Part shown: piece by piece, positions 41,067 through 51,153 of the stretch | Layout: each line of letters opens with the position of its first letter | Numbering within the stretch: position 1 is the first letter of the stretch | Source: Alphaproteobacteria bacterium | GTDB lineage: Bacteria > Pseudomonadota > Alphaproteobacteria > RF32 > CAG-239 | Assembly: GCA_017501665.1 (NCBI GenBank) | Contig: JAFVWM010000038.1 | Coordinates: 69,252 to 133,251, forward strand | Direction of reading: 5' to 3' | DNA length: 64,000 nucleotides | The notes under the pieces: generated by a model | What the model was told of the DNA's origin: nothing | Database searches by the model: none | The model's input: only the letters and a program-made list of their open reading frames with translations | Made by a program: the position numbers and the translations under genes

Positions 41067-41711
41067 ATGTTTGATAAAAAAATAAAATTGCGTCTTATTC
41101 CTGTTTTTATCTTTGTTGCCTTTTTGTCTTTAAGTCTTAAGGTTGTAAGTGTGTATGATTATTATACGGATTTTAATACAAAAAAAATTATTATCGCACC
41201 TTCCAGTGCCGTTGCTAAAGATAAGCAGACAAAAGACACAGAAGAGCTTACAAAAGTTTTGAATAATTCTTCAAACAATCAAAACAATACCTTACCAACG
41301 AAGTACTTTACTGATTCGGAAATTATAATATTGCAAGAATTGGCTGAAAGACGCGAAATGCTTGATGCCAGAGCAAAAGAAATTGATAAACGAGCATTAC
41401 AGTTGAAGGTTGCAGAAGATGAAATTGACAGAAAAATAGCTCAACTAAAAAAATATGAAGAACGTTTGATTGAGCTTACAAGTCAATATAATAAAAAAGA
41501 AAAAGAAAATATTGATTCTTTGGTTAAATTGTATACAGCCATGAAACCGAAAGATGCTGCGCGTATTTTTAATACTTTGGATTTGGAAATAACCGTTGCA
41601 ATATTAAAAGGTATGAAGCCGTCTACCACCTCAACGATAATATCGCAAATGAATTCCGAAAGAGCTCAGGAAATAACCGCGGTGTTGATAGGTAATAACT
41701 TTAATAATTAA
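41067..41711 (+). CDS. MotE/FlbB-like flagellar protein (MgtE_N-type domain).
   Basis: 'YTAMKPKDAARIFNTLDLEITVAILKGMKPSTTSTIISQMNSERAQEIT' resembles the MgtE_N/MotE domain; N-terminal TM helix. Confidence 0.55.
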   Translation: MFDKKIKLRLIPVFIFVAFLSLSLKVVSVYDYYTDFNTKKIIIAPSSAVAKDKQTKDTEELTKVLNNSSNNQNNTLPTKYFTDSEIIILQELAERREMLDARAKEIDKRALQLKVAEDEIDRKIAQLKKYEERLIELTSQYNKKEKENIDSLVKLYTAMKPKDAARIFNTLDLEITVAILKGMKPSTTSTIISQMNSERAQEITAVLIGNNFNN

Positions 41712-41728
41712 AACAAAGACTTAAAAAA

Positions 41729-44308
41729 TTGATAAAGGCAAAGTATATTTTAATTTCTTTTTTTACCGCCGGTGTTTTGACATTCGGTAGTTTGCCTGCG
41801 ATGTCTCAAGAAATAATAGGAGAAAATTCCTTTGGTATAAATGTTTCCGATATTGAAACAGACAGAAATTTTGTAGAAGCTTTTAATGACGGGGATGAAG
41901 CTGTTGATGATGTTGAAAAAGATGAAATTGTCAGCCTTAGGTTTGTTTGGAATACACCTGTAAATATGGCCAGTTTCGTTAGAAATGGAAAAATTTGGGT
42001 CGTTTTTGATCATCAAAATAAGTTTGATATAGACGTTTTGAAAGCAGAAGCCGGAGCCATGGCAAAAGAAATATATTATCTGTTTCATCCGGATGGCGCT
42101 ATTATTGTTATTGAACCGGAAGATGGTGTGAAATATGCTGTTCGTAAAGAAGGTTTGTTGTGGATATTGGATTTATATAAGGGAAAACCACCGGCGTTTA
42201 AGGTTAATAATTATACAATTTTTACTCAATTTGACAGTTTGAAAAATTCATATTTGTTTATTCCTATTCAAGATGCCGGAAAGGTTCTGTCCTTTATGGA
42301 TCCGGAATTGGGTGATATTATTACAGTATCGACGACTTCGGTTTTGGGGCAAGGTATTGATGCTACGTATAGATATGTTGATTTTGATGTTTTGCGCTCT
42401 TTACAAGGTGTGGCTTTTGTTTTTAACAATTCGGATATTGTCTTAAATCGCGGTAATTCCGGTATTACCTTAAAGGCAATAGGTAGAGGCCTTAATATTT
42501 CGGATGATTTGAGCAGTTTAAAACGTAGTAAGTTTTTTTCGGCAAGCTCAAAGCCTTCGGTGGATAAAGTTTTTGACCTGCAAATACCGTCGTCTTTGGC
42601 CAGACAGAGCTTTGAAAAAGTTACCGAAAAATATAAAAATCAAATTGTGGCGGCGAAACATAGTGAAAAAAACGATATAAGATTACAGTTAGCTAAGTAT
42701 CTTATATATAATGGTTTGGGTACGGATGCTTTGTTTATCTTAAATCAAATGAAAAAACTGAAAATTCCCGAATCTCAAACGGATACTTTTTACGCTCTTT
42801 CAGGAATTGCTAATTTTTTAGCTCGCAGGTATGACGAGGCTATAAGCGATTTTTCACAAGGAAATATACCTCTTAGTGATGAGGGAGCTTTTTGGAGGAC
42901 AATTGCTAAATCGGCTAAACAGTACAGTGAAGAAAATAATGCCATAATATTTGCTCATGTCTCGCTGATGAAAGACTATCCACAACCGATTAAAGATCAA
43001 ATATCTATAATTGCTGCTGAAAATGCCATTGAAACAGGTGATGATATTACTTCGCAAAACTTTATTGATATTTTAGATTCCGTGCAAGAAAGATTAAGAA
43101 ATTTGGATCCCCAAATAACATATTTGAATGCAAAAAAACTTGAAATGCAAGGATATGTGCGCAATGCCGTTAAAGAATATAAAAAACTGAAGGATATTGA
43201 TTCTGCAATGTTTTCGGCATATGCTCGCTTGCGATATACAGTGCTGAGTGAAAATCTTAAATATATGGAAACAAAGGAAGCCATTGCGGAATTGGAAAAA
43301 CTGCGATTTGCTTGGGGGGAGAAAGAATTTAAAATTAATGTTTTGAACCATTTGGCAAAACTTTATTTGAAAAACAATGATTATTATAATACGTTAAACG
43401 TCTTGAATGATCAAGGATTTTTAGTAGATGATGAGCAACGAAAAGGTGTTGCCGAACGCATGGTTAAAATCTTTGAGGATGTTTTTGTTTCTAATCATGC
43501 GGATAGCATTATATCTCCTGTAAAAGCGTTGGCTTTGTTTCAGGATTTTAAATGGTTGGCTCCGTTAAGTAAAATACACTATAAAATTGTTCAAAAATTG
43601 GCAGACAGATTAGTGGCGGTTGATTTGTTGCCTCGTGCACAATCATTGTTGTTGTCGTTACTATATAAACAAGATTTATCTCAAGAAGATCAAGCTAAGG
43701 TCGGGGCTCGTTTGGCGATAATTTACTTGTTCGAAGGGAAGGCTTCTGATGCTTTACTCGCTATTGAAGCAACAGATTTTTCAAATATTTCGGATACTCT
43801 CAAAAGTCAAAGAAATATAATAGCATCGCGTGCTTTGTCCGATATGGGGCGTGTTGATGAAGCATTGGCTCTTATTAAAGATGATTTCAGCGCACAGGCT
43901 ATTGTTCGTAAATTTGAAGTATACTGGAATGCAAAGGATTGGGATAGTGCTTCTGATACTATAAAGTATCTGATAGAAGAGCCTGTGCCGGGTAAACCTC
44001 TGTCAAACGAACAAATGAATTATATCTTAGACTGGGCAACTACATTAAAACAAGCAGGAAAAGAGACTGTTTTGGTTCGTTTAAGAAATAAATTTGCTCA
44101 ATATTTTGAAGGTACTGCACATCAGAGTGCATTTAACGTTCTTACAAAACATTTGGATGAAGATAAGATTGATGTCGGTGCGATAAAAACCGTAATTTCC
44201 GATATTAAGAATTTTAATGATTTTGCAAGTTTTTATATTGGGAAACTTGAGCATGAACCACAAAAAGAAAATTCTGAAAAACAACCTAAAAGTATAATCG
44301 GCAAGTAA
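41729..44308 (+). CDS. Large exported TPR-like / alpha-helical repeat protein of unknown function.
   Basis: Signal peptide 'MIKAKYILISFFTAGVLTFGSLPAMSQ'; 859 aa; it follows the flagellar genes and ends 1 nt before uvrB. Confidence 0.45.
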   Translation: MIKAKYILISFFTAGVLTFGSLPAMSQEIIGENSFGINVSDIETDRNFVEAFNDGDEAVDDVEKDEIVSLRFVWNTPVNMASFVRNGKIWVVFDHQNKFDIDVLKAEAGAMAKEIYYLFHPDGAIIVIEPEDGVKYAVRKEGLLWILDLYKGKPPAFKVNNYTIFTQFDSLKNSYLFIPIQDAGKVLSFMDPELGDIITVSTTSVLGQGIDATYRYVDFDVLRSLQGVAFVFNNSDIVLNRGNSGITLKAIGRGLNISDDLSSLKRSKFFSASSKPSVDKVFDLQIPSSLARQSFEKVTEKYKNQIVAAKHSEKNDIRLQLAKYLIYNGLGTDALFILNQMKKLKIPESQTDTFYALSGIANFLARRYDEAISDFSQGNIPLSDEGAFWRTIAKSAKQYSEENNAIIFAHVSLMKDYPQPIKDQISIIAAENAIETGDDITSQNFIDILDSVQERLRNLDPQITYLNAKKLEMQGYVRNAVKEYKKLKDIDSAMFSAYARLRYTVLSENLKYMETKEAIAELEKLRFAWGEKEFKINVLNHLAKLYLKNNDYYNTLNVLNDQGFLVDDEQRKGVAERMVKIFEDVFVSNHADSIISPVKALALFQDFKWLAPLSKIHYKIVQKLADRLVAVDLLPRAQSLLLSLLYKQDLSQEDQAKVGARLAIIYLFEGKASDALLAIEATDFSNISDTLKSQRNIIASRALSDMGRVDEALALIKDDFSAQAIVRKFEVYWNAKDWDSASDTIKYLIEEPVPGKPLSNEQMNYILDWATTLKQAGKETVLVRLRNKFAQYFEGTAHQSAFNVLTKHLDEDKIDVGAIKTVISDIKNFNDFASFYIGKLEHEPQKENSEKQPKSIIGK

Positions 44309-46279
44309 ATGAACAGCATTTTTAAGCTAAAAGCACCTTTTGAGCCTGCCGGAGATCAGCCTCAGGCTATATCTGAATTACTTGATGGGTTAAACAACGG
44401 AATCAAAGATCAAGTATTACTCGGTGTTACCGGCTCGGGCAAAACATTTACTATGGCAAAGATAATTGAACAAAGTTCAAGACCTGCCTTAATTATGGCT
44501 CCGAATAAGACTTTGGCAGCACAGCTATATGCGGAAATGAAAGATTTTTTTCCGGATAATCATGTTGAATATTTTGTTTCATATTATGATTATTTTCAAC
44601 CCGAAGCCTATGTTCCTAAAACCGATACCTATATCGAAAAAGATTCAGCCATAAATGAACAAATTGATCGTATGCGTAACTCGGCAACACGTTCGTTATT
44701 GGAGCATAGAGATGTTATTATTGTGGCATCTGTTTCGTGTATTTATGGACTTGGTGATGTAGAATCCTATTCTTCAATGACTTTGCCCTTAAGAGTGGGC
44801 GAAGAAATTCCACCAAAAGAAATTTATGCACGGTTAACCGAGTTACAATATGAGCGAAATCAACAAAATTTTGTTCGTTCGACTTTTAGAGTTAGAGGCG
44901 ATGTCTTAGATATTTTTCCGGCTCACTATGAAGATAGGGCTTGGCGTATTTCTTTTTTTGGCGATGAGATCGAAAAAATTGATGAATTTGACTCGCTTAC
45001 AGGCAAAAAGACTGCTTCATTACAAGACATTATTATCTATCCGGCTAATCATTATGTAACACCTCGTCCGGCAATTTCACAGGCAATTGTCAATATAAGA
45101 AAAGAACTGAAAGCACGTATTGAAGAATATAACGAGCAAAACAAATTGCTTGAAGCTCAACGTATAGAACAGCGCACACGTTTCGATTTAGAAATGTTAG
45201 AAACCACCGGACACTGCAAAGGGATTGAAAACTATTCTCGTTATTTAACCGGACGTCCGGCAGGTGCTCCTCCACCGACGTTGTTTGAATATCTGCCTCA
45301 AGATACTATTTTATTTATTGATGAAAGTCACGTTTCCGTTCCGCAAATCGGCGGTATGTATCGTGGCGATTTTAACCGCAAATCAACCCTGGCTCAATAT
45401 GGTTTCAGATTGCCGTCATGTTTGGATAATCGTCCGTTGAAGTTTGACGAATGGAATGCTATGCGCCAACAAACAATCTATGTCTCTGCCACTCCCGGCG
45501 ATTGGGAACTTGAGCAAAGTCAAGGTGTTTTTGCTGAGCAAATCATTCGCCCCACAGGCCTTACCGACCCGATTTGTATAGTTCGTCCGGTTGAAAATCA
45601 GATTGATGATTTGATGTACGAATGTCAAAAAGTAATTGCGCAAGGGAATCGTGTGTTGGTTACAACCCTAACCAAAAAAATGGCCGAAGATTTGACCGAA
45701 TATCTTAATGAAAATGGTATAAAAGTTCGCTATCTACACTCTGATATAGATACTTTGGAACGTGTGGAAATTATCAGAGATTTGCGACTTGGAACATTTG
45801 ATGTTTTAGTGGGAATTAATTTGTTGCGCGAAGGTTTGGATATTCCCGAATGCTCACTGGTAGCAATCTTAGATGCTGACAAAGAAGGTTTTTTACGTTC
45901 AACACGTTCTTTAATACAAACAATAGGCCGAGCCGCACGTAATGTTGACGGAAAAGTTATTTTATACGCTGATAAAATTACCGGCTCAATTCAAACAGCG
46001 TTAGACGAAACAGAACGCCGTCGCAAAAAACAAATTGAGTATAATATCAAAAATGGTATTACACCTCAGACCATTAAGAAAAAAATATCAGATAATTTGC
46101 AAGAAACCGTTGAAAATGAAACAAATAAAATTTCTTCTGATGAGATTAAAAATATTGATAAGAAATTGCGTGAATATAATAAATTGATGCAACAGGCCGC
46201 ATCTGATTTAGATTTTGAAACGGCTATTATGTATCGCGACAAAATAAAACAATTGGAAGAAATTTATATAAAGGCTTAA
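44309..46279 (+). CDS. uvrB: Excinuclease ABC subunit B.
   Basis: Starts '[17 protein letters not shown]'; Walker A 'GVTGSGKT'; C-terminal UVR domain '[21 protein letters not shown]'. Confidence 0.95.
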   Translation: MNSIFKLKAPFEPAGDQPQAISELLDGLNNGIKDQVLLGVTGSGKTFTMAKIIEQSSRPALIMAPNKTLAAQLYAEMKDFFPDNHVEYFVSYYDYFQPEAYVPKTDTYIEKDSAINEQIDRMRNSATRSLLEHRDVIIVASVSCIYGLGDVESYSSMTLPLRVGEEIPPKEIYARLTELQYERNQQNFVRSTFRVRGDVLDIFPAHYEDRAWRISFFGDEIEKIDEFDSLTGKKTASLQDIIIYPANHYVTPRPAISQAIVNIRKELKARIEEYNEQNKLLEAQRIEQRTRFDLEMLETTGHCKGIENYSRYLTGRPAGAPPPTLFEYLPQDTILFIDESHVSVPQIGGMYRGDFNRKSTLAQYGFRLPSCLDNRPLKFDEWNAMRQQTIYVSATPGDWELEQSQGVFAEQIIRPTGLTDPICIVRPVENQIDDLMYECQKVIAQGNRVLVTTLTKKMAEDLTEYLNENGIKVRYLHSDIDTLERVEIIRDLRLGTFDVLVGINLLREGLDIPECSLVAILDADKEGFLRSTRSLIQTIGRAARNVDGKVILYADKITGSIQTALDETERRRKKQIEYNIKNGITPQTIKKKISDNLQETVENETNKISSDEIKNIDKKLREYNKLMQQAASDLDFETAIMYRDKIKQLEEIYIKA

Positions 46280-46280
46280 A

Positions 46281-46333
46281 AAAAGCCCTTAACTTTTTGA
46301 ATGATTCGATTTTTATTAAGGGCTTTTTTATTA
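46281..46333. terminator. Bidirectional terminator between uvrB and pssA.
   Basis: 'aaaaagcccttaa...ttaagggctttttta'. Confidence 0.55.
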
Positions 46334-47116
46334 TTTATTTTCAAATTTTTGTTTTTCTCTAACAAAAACGAGTATACCCACCGGAATTGACAAAATATAA
46401 GTCAAGGTCATAATTCCTAATGTCAACCAAGGTTGTGAAATAATAAATGATGCAAATAGCACTACACACAACATTATCGGTAACACCAAATAAGTAGGAA
46501 CTTTTAATTTCTTTGTTGAGAAAGTCGGAATTCGACTAACCATCAAAAACGAAACAACACACAACAAAGTTGCACAAAATACGTGTGATTTGATGATATA
46601 ATTTATTTCCGGAAAATCAAAAGAAATCATTACCGGCATCATGGCAATTGCTGCTGCAGCAGGGGCTGGTACTCCAACGAAGAAGTGTTGCCAATATTCC
46701 GGTTGAGGGTCTTCGTCTAACATTGTATTAAATCTGGCTAAACGCAAGGCCATACCGATGGACATCAATAGACAGAAAAACCAACCAAATTTCGGCAAAT
46801 CAAACAATGACCACTGAAACAACAAAATTGCCGGAGCTACACCAAAACTTACAAAATCAGACAAAGAGTCTAATTCAGCACCAAATTTTGTAGAACCTTT
46901 GAGCATTCTGGCAACCCGACCATCAAGTCCGTCAAAAAATGCCGCAGCAAAAATGCAAAGTACAGCTTTCATCCATTCAGCTGATATCGAATAGCGAATA
47001 GAAGTTACACCTGCACACAAAGCCAACATAGTAACGATATTAGGAGCAATTTTTCTAAAAGAAATACTTTTAAGTTTTTCTTTTGAAAGTTGCAATTGTT
47101 TGTTAATTCTTTCCAT
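46331..47116 (-). CDS. pssA: CDP-diacylglycerol--serine O-phosphatidyltransferase.
   Basis: CDP-alcohol phosphotransferase motif 'DGLDGRVAR...GAELDSLSD'. Confidence 0.85.
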   Translation of the reverse strand: MERINKQLQLSKEKLKSISFRKIAPNIVTMLALCAGVTSIRYSISAEWMKAVLCIFAAAFFDGLDGRVARMLKGSTKFGAELDSLSDFVSFGVAPAILLFQWSLFDLPKFGWFFCLLMSIGMALRLARFNTMLDEDPQPEYWQHFFVGVPAPAAAAIAMMPVMISFDFPEINYIIKSHVFCATLLCVVSFLMVSRIPTFSTKKLKVPTYLVLPIMLCVVLFASFIISQPWLTLGIMTLTYILSIPVGILVFVREKQKFENK

Positions 47117-47826
47117 TATCTCATAACTCCGTCCATAGCTTTAGCATCAGAAGTTAAATTAGCAATAACGGTTTCACCGGCAACCATTGTTTGACCAAGA
47201 ACAACCTGAGGTTCAACACCTTCAGGCAAATATACATCCAAGCGTGATCCGAAACGTATCATACCAAAGCGTTCGCCCACTTTATAATCTTGACCGATTT
47301 GAGCATCACAAACAATACGACGAGCAATAAGTCCGGCAATTTGAACAAAACAAATTTCCTTACCTGATGTAGTTTTCATAGCCAAAAGTTGACGCTCATT
47401 GTCCTTACTGGCTTTATCTAAAGTAGCATTAAGAAATTTTCCCGGAACATAAACAGCGTTGGTAATACGTCCGCTTGCAGGAGCTCTGTTAACATGAACA
47501 TTGAATACGCTCATAAAAATGCTGACACGAGTAAATTTTTTCTTACCCATGTTGAGTTCTTCAGGAGCTTCGACTTTGGCAATCATTTGAACGGTGCCAT
47601 CTGCCGGTGAAACAACAACATCTTTAATTTCAGGTGTAACTCTTTGGGGGTCTCTAAAGAAATAATAGCACCAAACAGTTAATACTAAGCCAATCCAACC
47701 CAAAGGTTCCCAAATCATTGCCAATAACGCTGTTATTGCCGCAAAGATTCCTACAAAACGCCATCCTTCACTATGGATGGAGGGAAACAAATAGGTTTTC
47801 CATGAAATATCAAAAGTTTTAATCAT
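47116..47826 (-). CDS. psd: Phosphatidylserine decarboxylase proenzyme.
   Basis: Small-type Psd with self-cleavage motif context 'FGSRLDVY'; translationally coupled to pssA. Confidence 0.85.
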   Translation of the reverse strand: MIKTFDISWKTYLFPSIHSEGWRFVGIFAAITALLAMIWEPLGWIGLVLTVWCYYFFRDPQRVTPEIKDVVVSPADGTVQMIAKVEAPEELNMGKKKFTRVSIFMSVFNVHVNRAPASGRITNAVYVPGKFLNATLDKASKDNERQLLAMKTTSGKEICFVQIAGLIARRIVCDAQIGQDYKVGERFGMIRFGSRLDVYLPEGVEPQVVLGQTMVAGETVIANLTSDAKAMDGVMR

Positions 47827-48049
47827 TTTATTTTCCTTTAATATGTAGTATATTTTTTTGAAAAAGCCGTGACGCTGTCAACTGTCGCTTAATGACAAAA
47901 AATAAATACCAAATGTTATAACAGCTTTACAAAACCACAGATAAAATAAAAAAACAACCCTAAAATATGTTTATGCAAAAATCTCTAATAAAAATAAAAA
48001 ATATTCTTGCATTTAACAAAAAAGATATGTATAAGAATTTTTAGATTAT

Positions 48050-48136
48050 GCGCTTGTGGCGGAACAGGTAGACGCTGCAGACTTAAAATCTGTTGGCCGC
48101 AAGGCCGTGCCGGTTCGATTCCGGCCTAGCGCACCA
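48050..48136 (+). tRNA. tRNA-Leu (anticodon UAA), class II with long variable arm and encoded CCA.
   Basis: D-arm 'ggcggaacaggtagacgc', anticodon loop 'cuUAAaa', long variable arm 'gttggccgcaaggccgtgcc', T-arm 'ccggttcgattccgg', 3' 'gcacca'. There is one mismatch in the acceptor stem. Confidence 0.85.
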
Positions 48137-48283
48137 TTTAAAAAAGTCCTCTTTATGAGGGCTTTTTTAATTGGTATGATATATCAGAGTATCGAAGCGG
48201 CACGGTGCCGGTTTGAACCGCAGTTCGCAGGCGAACGGAGTGCGCCGGTCAAATTTTTGAGCGAACAAGGTCGGCGAAGCCAT

Positions 48284-48338
48284 TCCGGCCTAGCGCACCA
48301 ATTTGGAGAGGGTTGGCAAAATTTTTTGCTAACCCTTG
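48284..48338 (+). repeat. Direct repeat of the last 18 nt of tRNA-Leu, fused to att-like repeat A; the left boundary of the island stack.
   Basis: 'ttccggcctagcgcacca' is identical to tRNA positions 48119-48136. It is followed by 'atttggagagggttggcaaaattttttgctaaccct', an imperfect hairpin. Confidence 0.8.
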
Positions 48339-48627
48339 ATTTTTAAGGCTTTGCGTCGGTTCGATTGATTTCAAACGGTTACAAATTGTAACGGTTTGTT
48401 ATTTTAGAACGTTTTGCTAGTGTCAGCAAAACGATATTCCTTCCTTTTAATTATGGCGAATTTTCTACAATTAACTCAAACATATCGAATTCGACACCTT
48501 TAAGATTAGAAAAAATCCCCATACAAAATCAAACAAATTTTAATTTTTGGTTGAATTTCAAAACGTTTTACTTTAGCCTCAAGGTATTGTTATCTCCTAA
48601 ATTTAGAGCTAAAATATAAAAGATATA

Positions 48628-49734
48628 ATGAGGACACAAATGGCTAAAAGTAAAATTATGAAAAAAAATAAAAAAGAAGTTATTTATGAAGATAAATTAA
48701 ATTTATTTAAATTAAAACTTCAAGAACTAACAACTGTAGTACAAATTTATAATCCAACAAGTTCCATACTAGACATAAAGTTAGTTGATATCATAGATGA
48801 GTTAGATTTAGATAATACTGAATACTTTACTATTTCCTACTTTTATAATGGGTTAAATAAAATTTCTAGAATATTAGAAGGAAACCCCAACGACATTCAC
48901 TATACATTATGGGTTATAGTTTGCGCAACTTATGAAAGATTCTTAAAATTTAATGATTCAAAAATTTTTACCTATTTTGAAAAACTTTATTCCGGAAAAT
49001 ATTATTATAAAATATTTTCAAAAGGGAGTGGTACGACACAAAAAATGCTAGAATTACAAGCGGAGGAAAAGCGCTTTATTACAGAGAAATTAGCATTTTT
49101 GATAAATTCTAAAAAAATAAACGATATCATAGAACGCATAACAAATCCTGATGATAAGTTTATAACAATGTGCGATAAGTTAGATTCAAAAGAAAAAAGT
49201 ATTGATTCTAAGTTAGAAAAATATCAAAACCGAGCAAATGAAATTGTTAAATTCATAAAAGAACAACAAACAAAATTAAATTTTGTAGGGTTAGGTAGTG
49301 CCTTTAAACAAATAACAAAAGAAAAAAATACTGTTAAAAATAATTTAGAAAGTTACTTATTTATTACTTTCATAATATTAATAGTTATTCCTTTATCTAC
49401 AGCTATTGCAATTTTCTGTTGTGGCAAACCCAATTACTATATTTATATTCCTCTTGTAACGATAGAGCTTCTTCTGTTGTATGCGTTTAGATTGTTCTAT
49501 CAACAATATATGTTTATAAAATCAGAACTACTTCAAGTTAATTTAAGACACAGCTTATGCGCCTTTATTGAGTCATATATGGAGTTTAAGAAAAATAATA
49601 AAGATAACACAGTTGATTTATTTGAACAACTTATCTTTAGCAATATTATATCTGATGAAAAGAAAGTTCCTGCAACGGTTGATGGTTTAGATAGTATTGC
49701 AAATATAATACAATCAATTAAAGGTAGAACATAG
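48628..49734 (+). CDS. Hypothetical protein with an N-terminal soluble coiled-coil-like domain and two C-terminal TM helices; first gene of the island.
   Basis: Extremely AT-rich and Lys/Ile/Asn-rich. TM helices 'YLFITFIILIVIPLSTAIAIF' and 'IYIPLVTIELLLLYAFRLF'. No recognised motif. Confidence 0.5.
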   Translation: MRTQMAKSKIMKKNKKEVIYEDKLNLFKLKLQELTTVVQIYNPTSSILDIKLVDIIDELDLDNTEYFTISYFYNGLNKISRILEGNPNDIHYTLWVIVCATYERFLKFNDSKIFTYFEKLYSGKYYYKIFSKGSGTTQKMLELQAEEKRFITEKLAFLINSKKINDIIERITNPDDKFITMCDKLDSKEKSIDSKLEKYQNRANEIVKFIKEQQTKLNFVGLGSAFKQITKEKNTVKNNLESYLFITFIILIVIPLSTAIAIFCCGKPNYYIYIPLVTIELLLLYAFRLFYQQYMFIKSELLQVNLRHSLCAFIESYMEFKKNNKDNTVDLFEQLIFSNIISDEKKVPATVDGLDSIANIIQSIKGRT

Positions 49735-49857
49735 AACTATTGCAAAAAATTTATTGGAATAAATTATATTTCTTATAAAATTGATGAAAAACTTGATTCT
49801 TTCATAATAAGTCAGTAAATTGACGTAATCTATAACACAAGTTTGTGGGCCTAAAGT

Positions 49858-51153
49858 ATGACAAAAATAAAAAAAGAAATTACTGAAGATAATGAAAAAA
49901 TAAAGAAGGCAAGAGTGGCTGTCCAAAAAAAGGGTCTTAAACTTTCCAATGGGGAAATTATTGAAGAAAAAATATCATCACAGACATGGAAAGAAAAAGA
50001 ATTTAAATATCCTACTAAAACAATTCGAATTGGAACATGTTTTAGTGGTATTGGTGCAATTGAACACGCTTTTCAACGATTGAGATTAAACCATAAAATA
50101 ATATTTGCTGGTGACATTGATGAAAACTGCCGCAAAAGTTACTTAGCAAATTATAAGATATCTGAAGATGATTGGTTTTCTGATATCAGAGATTTCGATG
50201 CAAAAAGATATAAAAATAAAATAGATTTTTTAATAGGAGGAGCTCCATGCCAAGCATTTTCAATGGTCGGTAAAAGATTGGGGTTTGAAGATGCAAGGGG
50301 AACTTTATTTTATGAATTTGCAAGAATCATAAAAGAGACTCAACCAAAAGTTTTTCTGTTTGAAAATGTTAAAGGAATGCTAAATCATGATAACGGGAGA
50401 ACATGGAAAATAATTCACAGTATTTTTGAAGAGCTCGGATATGACATACATTTTCGTGTCTTAAATAGTAAAGATTATGGAATTCCTCAGCACAGAGAAC
50501 GTTTGTATTGTTTGGGGTTTAAGAAAAAAAGAAAATTTTTATTTCCAGCCCCTATAAAACTAGAATATACAATGTTTGATTTTTTAGAAGATTATGCAGA
50601 TTCAAAATATTTTCTAAAAGAGAAAGGCATAAAATTTGTAACTAGTCATAAAAATAAAACAAAATGCTACACTCAAATAAATGGAGACATAGCACTTTGT
50701 CAAAAAAGAAATCAAGAATTTAATTGGCACGGAGATTTTATCTTTCACCCTATTGATGAAAGTATTGATAATGAACAATATGATGAGTTTGTTTTTAACG
50801 TAAAAGATGTTGAAGAAAAATATTATCTATCTGAAAAAGTTGCAAAATATGTTTTAGCAGGAGGAACAAAAAACTTCAAGACATCTACTAAAACTGATTT
50901 AGAAATAGCTCGCCCATTATTACAAACAATGCATAAAATGCATAGGGCAGGTGTTGATAATTATGTAACTCATAACAAAGGAAGAATTAGAAAGTTAACA
51001 CCAAGAGAATGTCTAAGGTTAATGGGATTTAAAGATAGTTTTAATATTGTAGTTTCAGATACTGCGACATATCAACAAGCTGGAAATAGTATAGTTGTTG
51101 ATGTTCTTATAGCTTTGTTAAGACAGTTAGATATAACGGAATATGGTGTGTAA
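49858..51153 (+). CDS. DNA (cytosine-5)-methyltransferase.
   Basis: Motif I 'FSGIGA', motif IV 'GGAPCQAFS', motif VI 'ENVKGM', motif X 'QAGNSI'. Confidence 0.9.
   Translation: MTKIKKEITEDNEKIKKARVAVQKKGLKLSNGEIIEEKISSQTWKEKEFKYPTKTIRIGTCFSGIGAIEHAFQRLRLNHKIIFAGDIDENCRKSYLANYKISEDDWFSDIRDFDAKRYKNKIDFLIGGAPCQAFSMVGKRLGFEDARGTLFYEFARIIKETQPKVFLFENVKGMLNHDNGRTWKIIHSIFEELGYDIHFRVLNSKDYGIPQHRERLYCLGFKKKRKFLFPAPIKLEYTMFDFLEDYADSKYFLKEKGIKFVTSHKNKTKCYTQINGDIALCQKRNQEFNWHGDFIFHPIDESIDNEQYDEFVFNVKDVEEKYYLSEKVAKYVLAGGTKNFKTSTKTDLEIARPLLQTMHKMHRAGVDNYVTHNKGRIRKLTPRECLRLMGFKDSFNIVVSDTATYQQAGNSIVVDVLIALLRQLDITEYGV

Noticed and set aside
47827-48049. Possible tmRNA or ncRNA upstream of tRNA-Leu
   Set aside because: The region is AT-rich with no tRNA-like T-arm or conserved structure. 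It is more likely the psd/pssA promoter region.
48056-48346. 96-aa ORF on the + strand
   Set aside because: It overlaps tRNA-Leu and the att-like repeats and is GC-rich only because of the tRNA sequence, so it is spurious.
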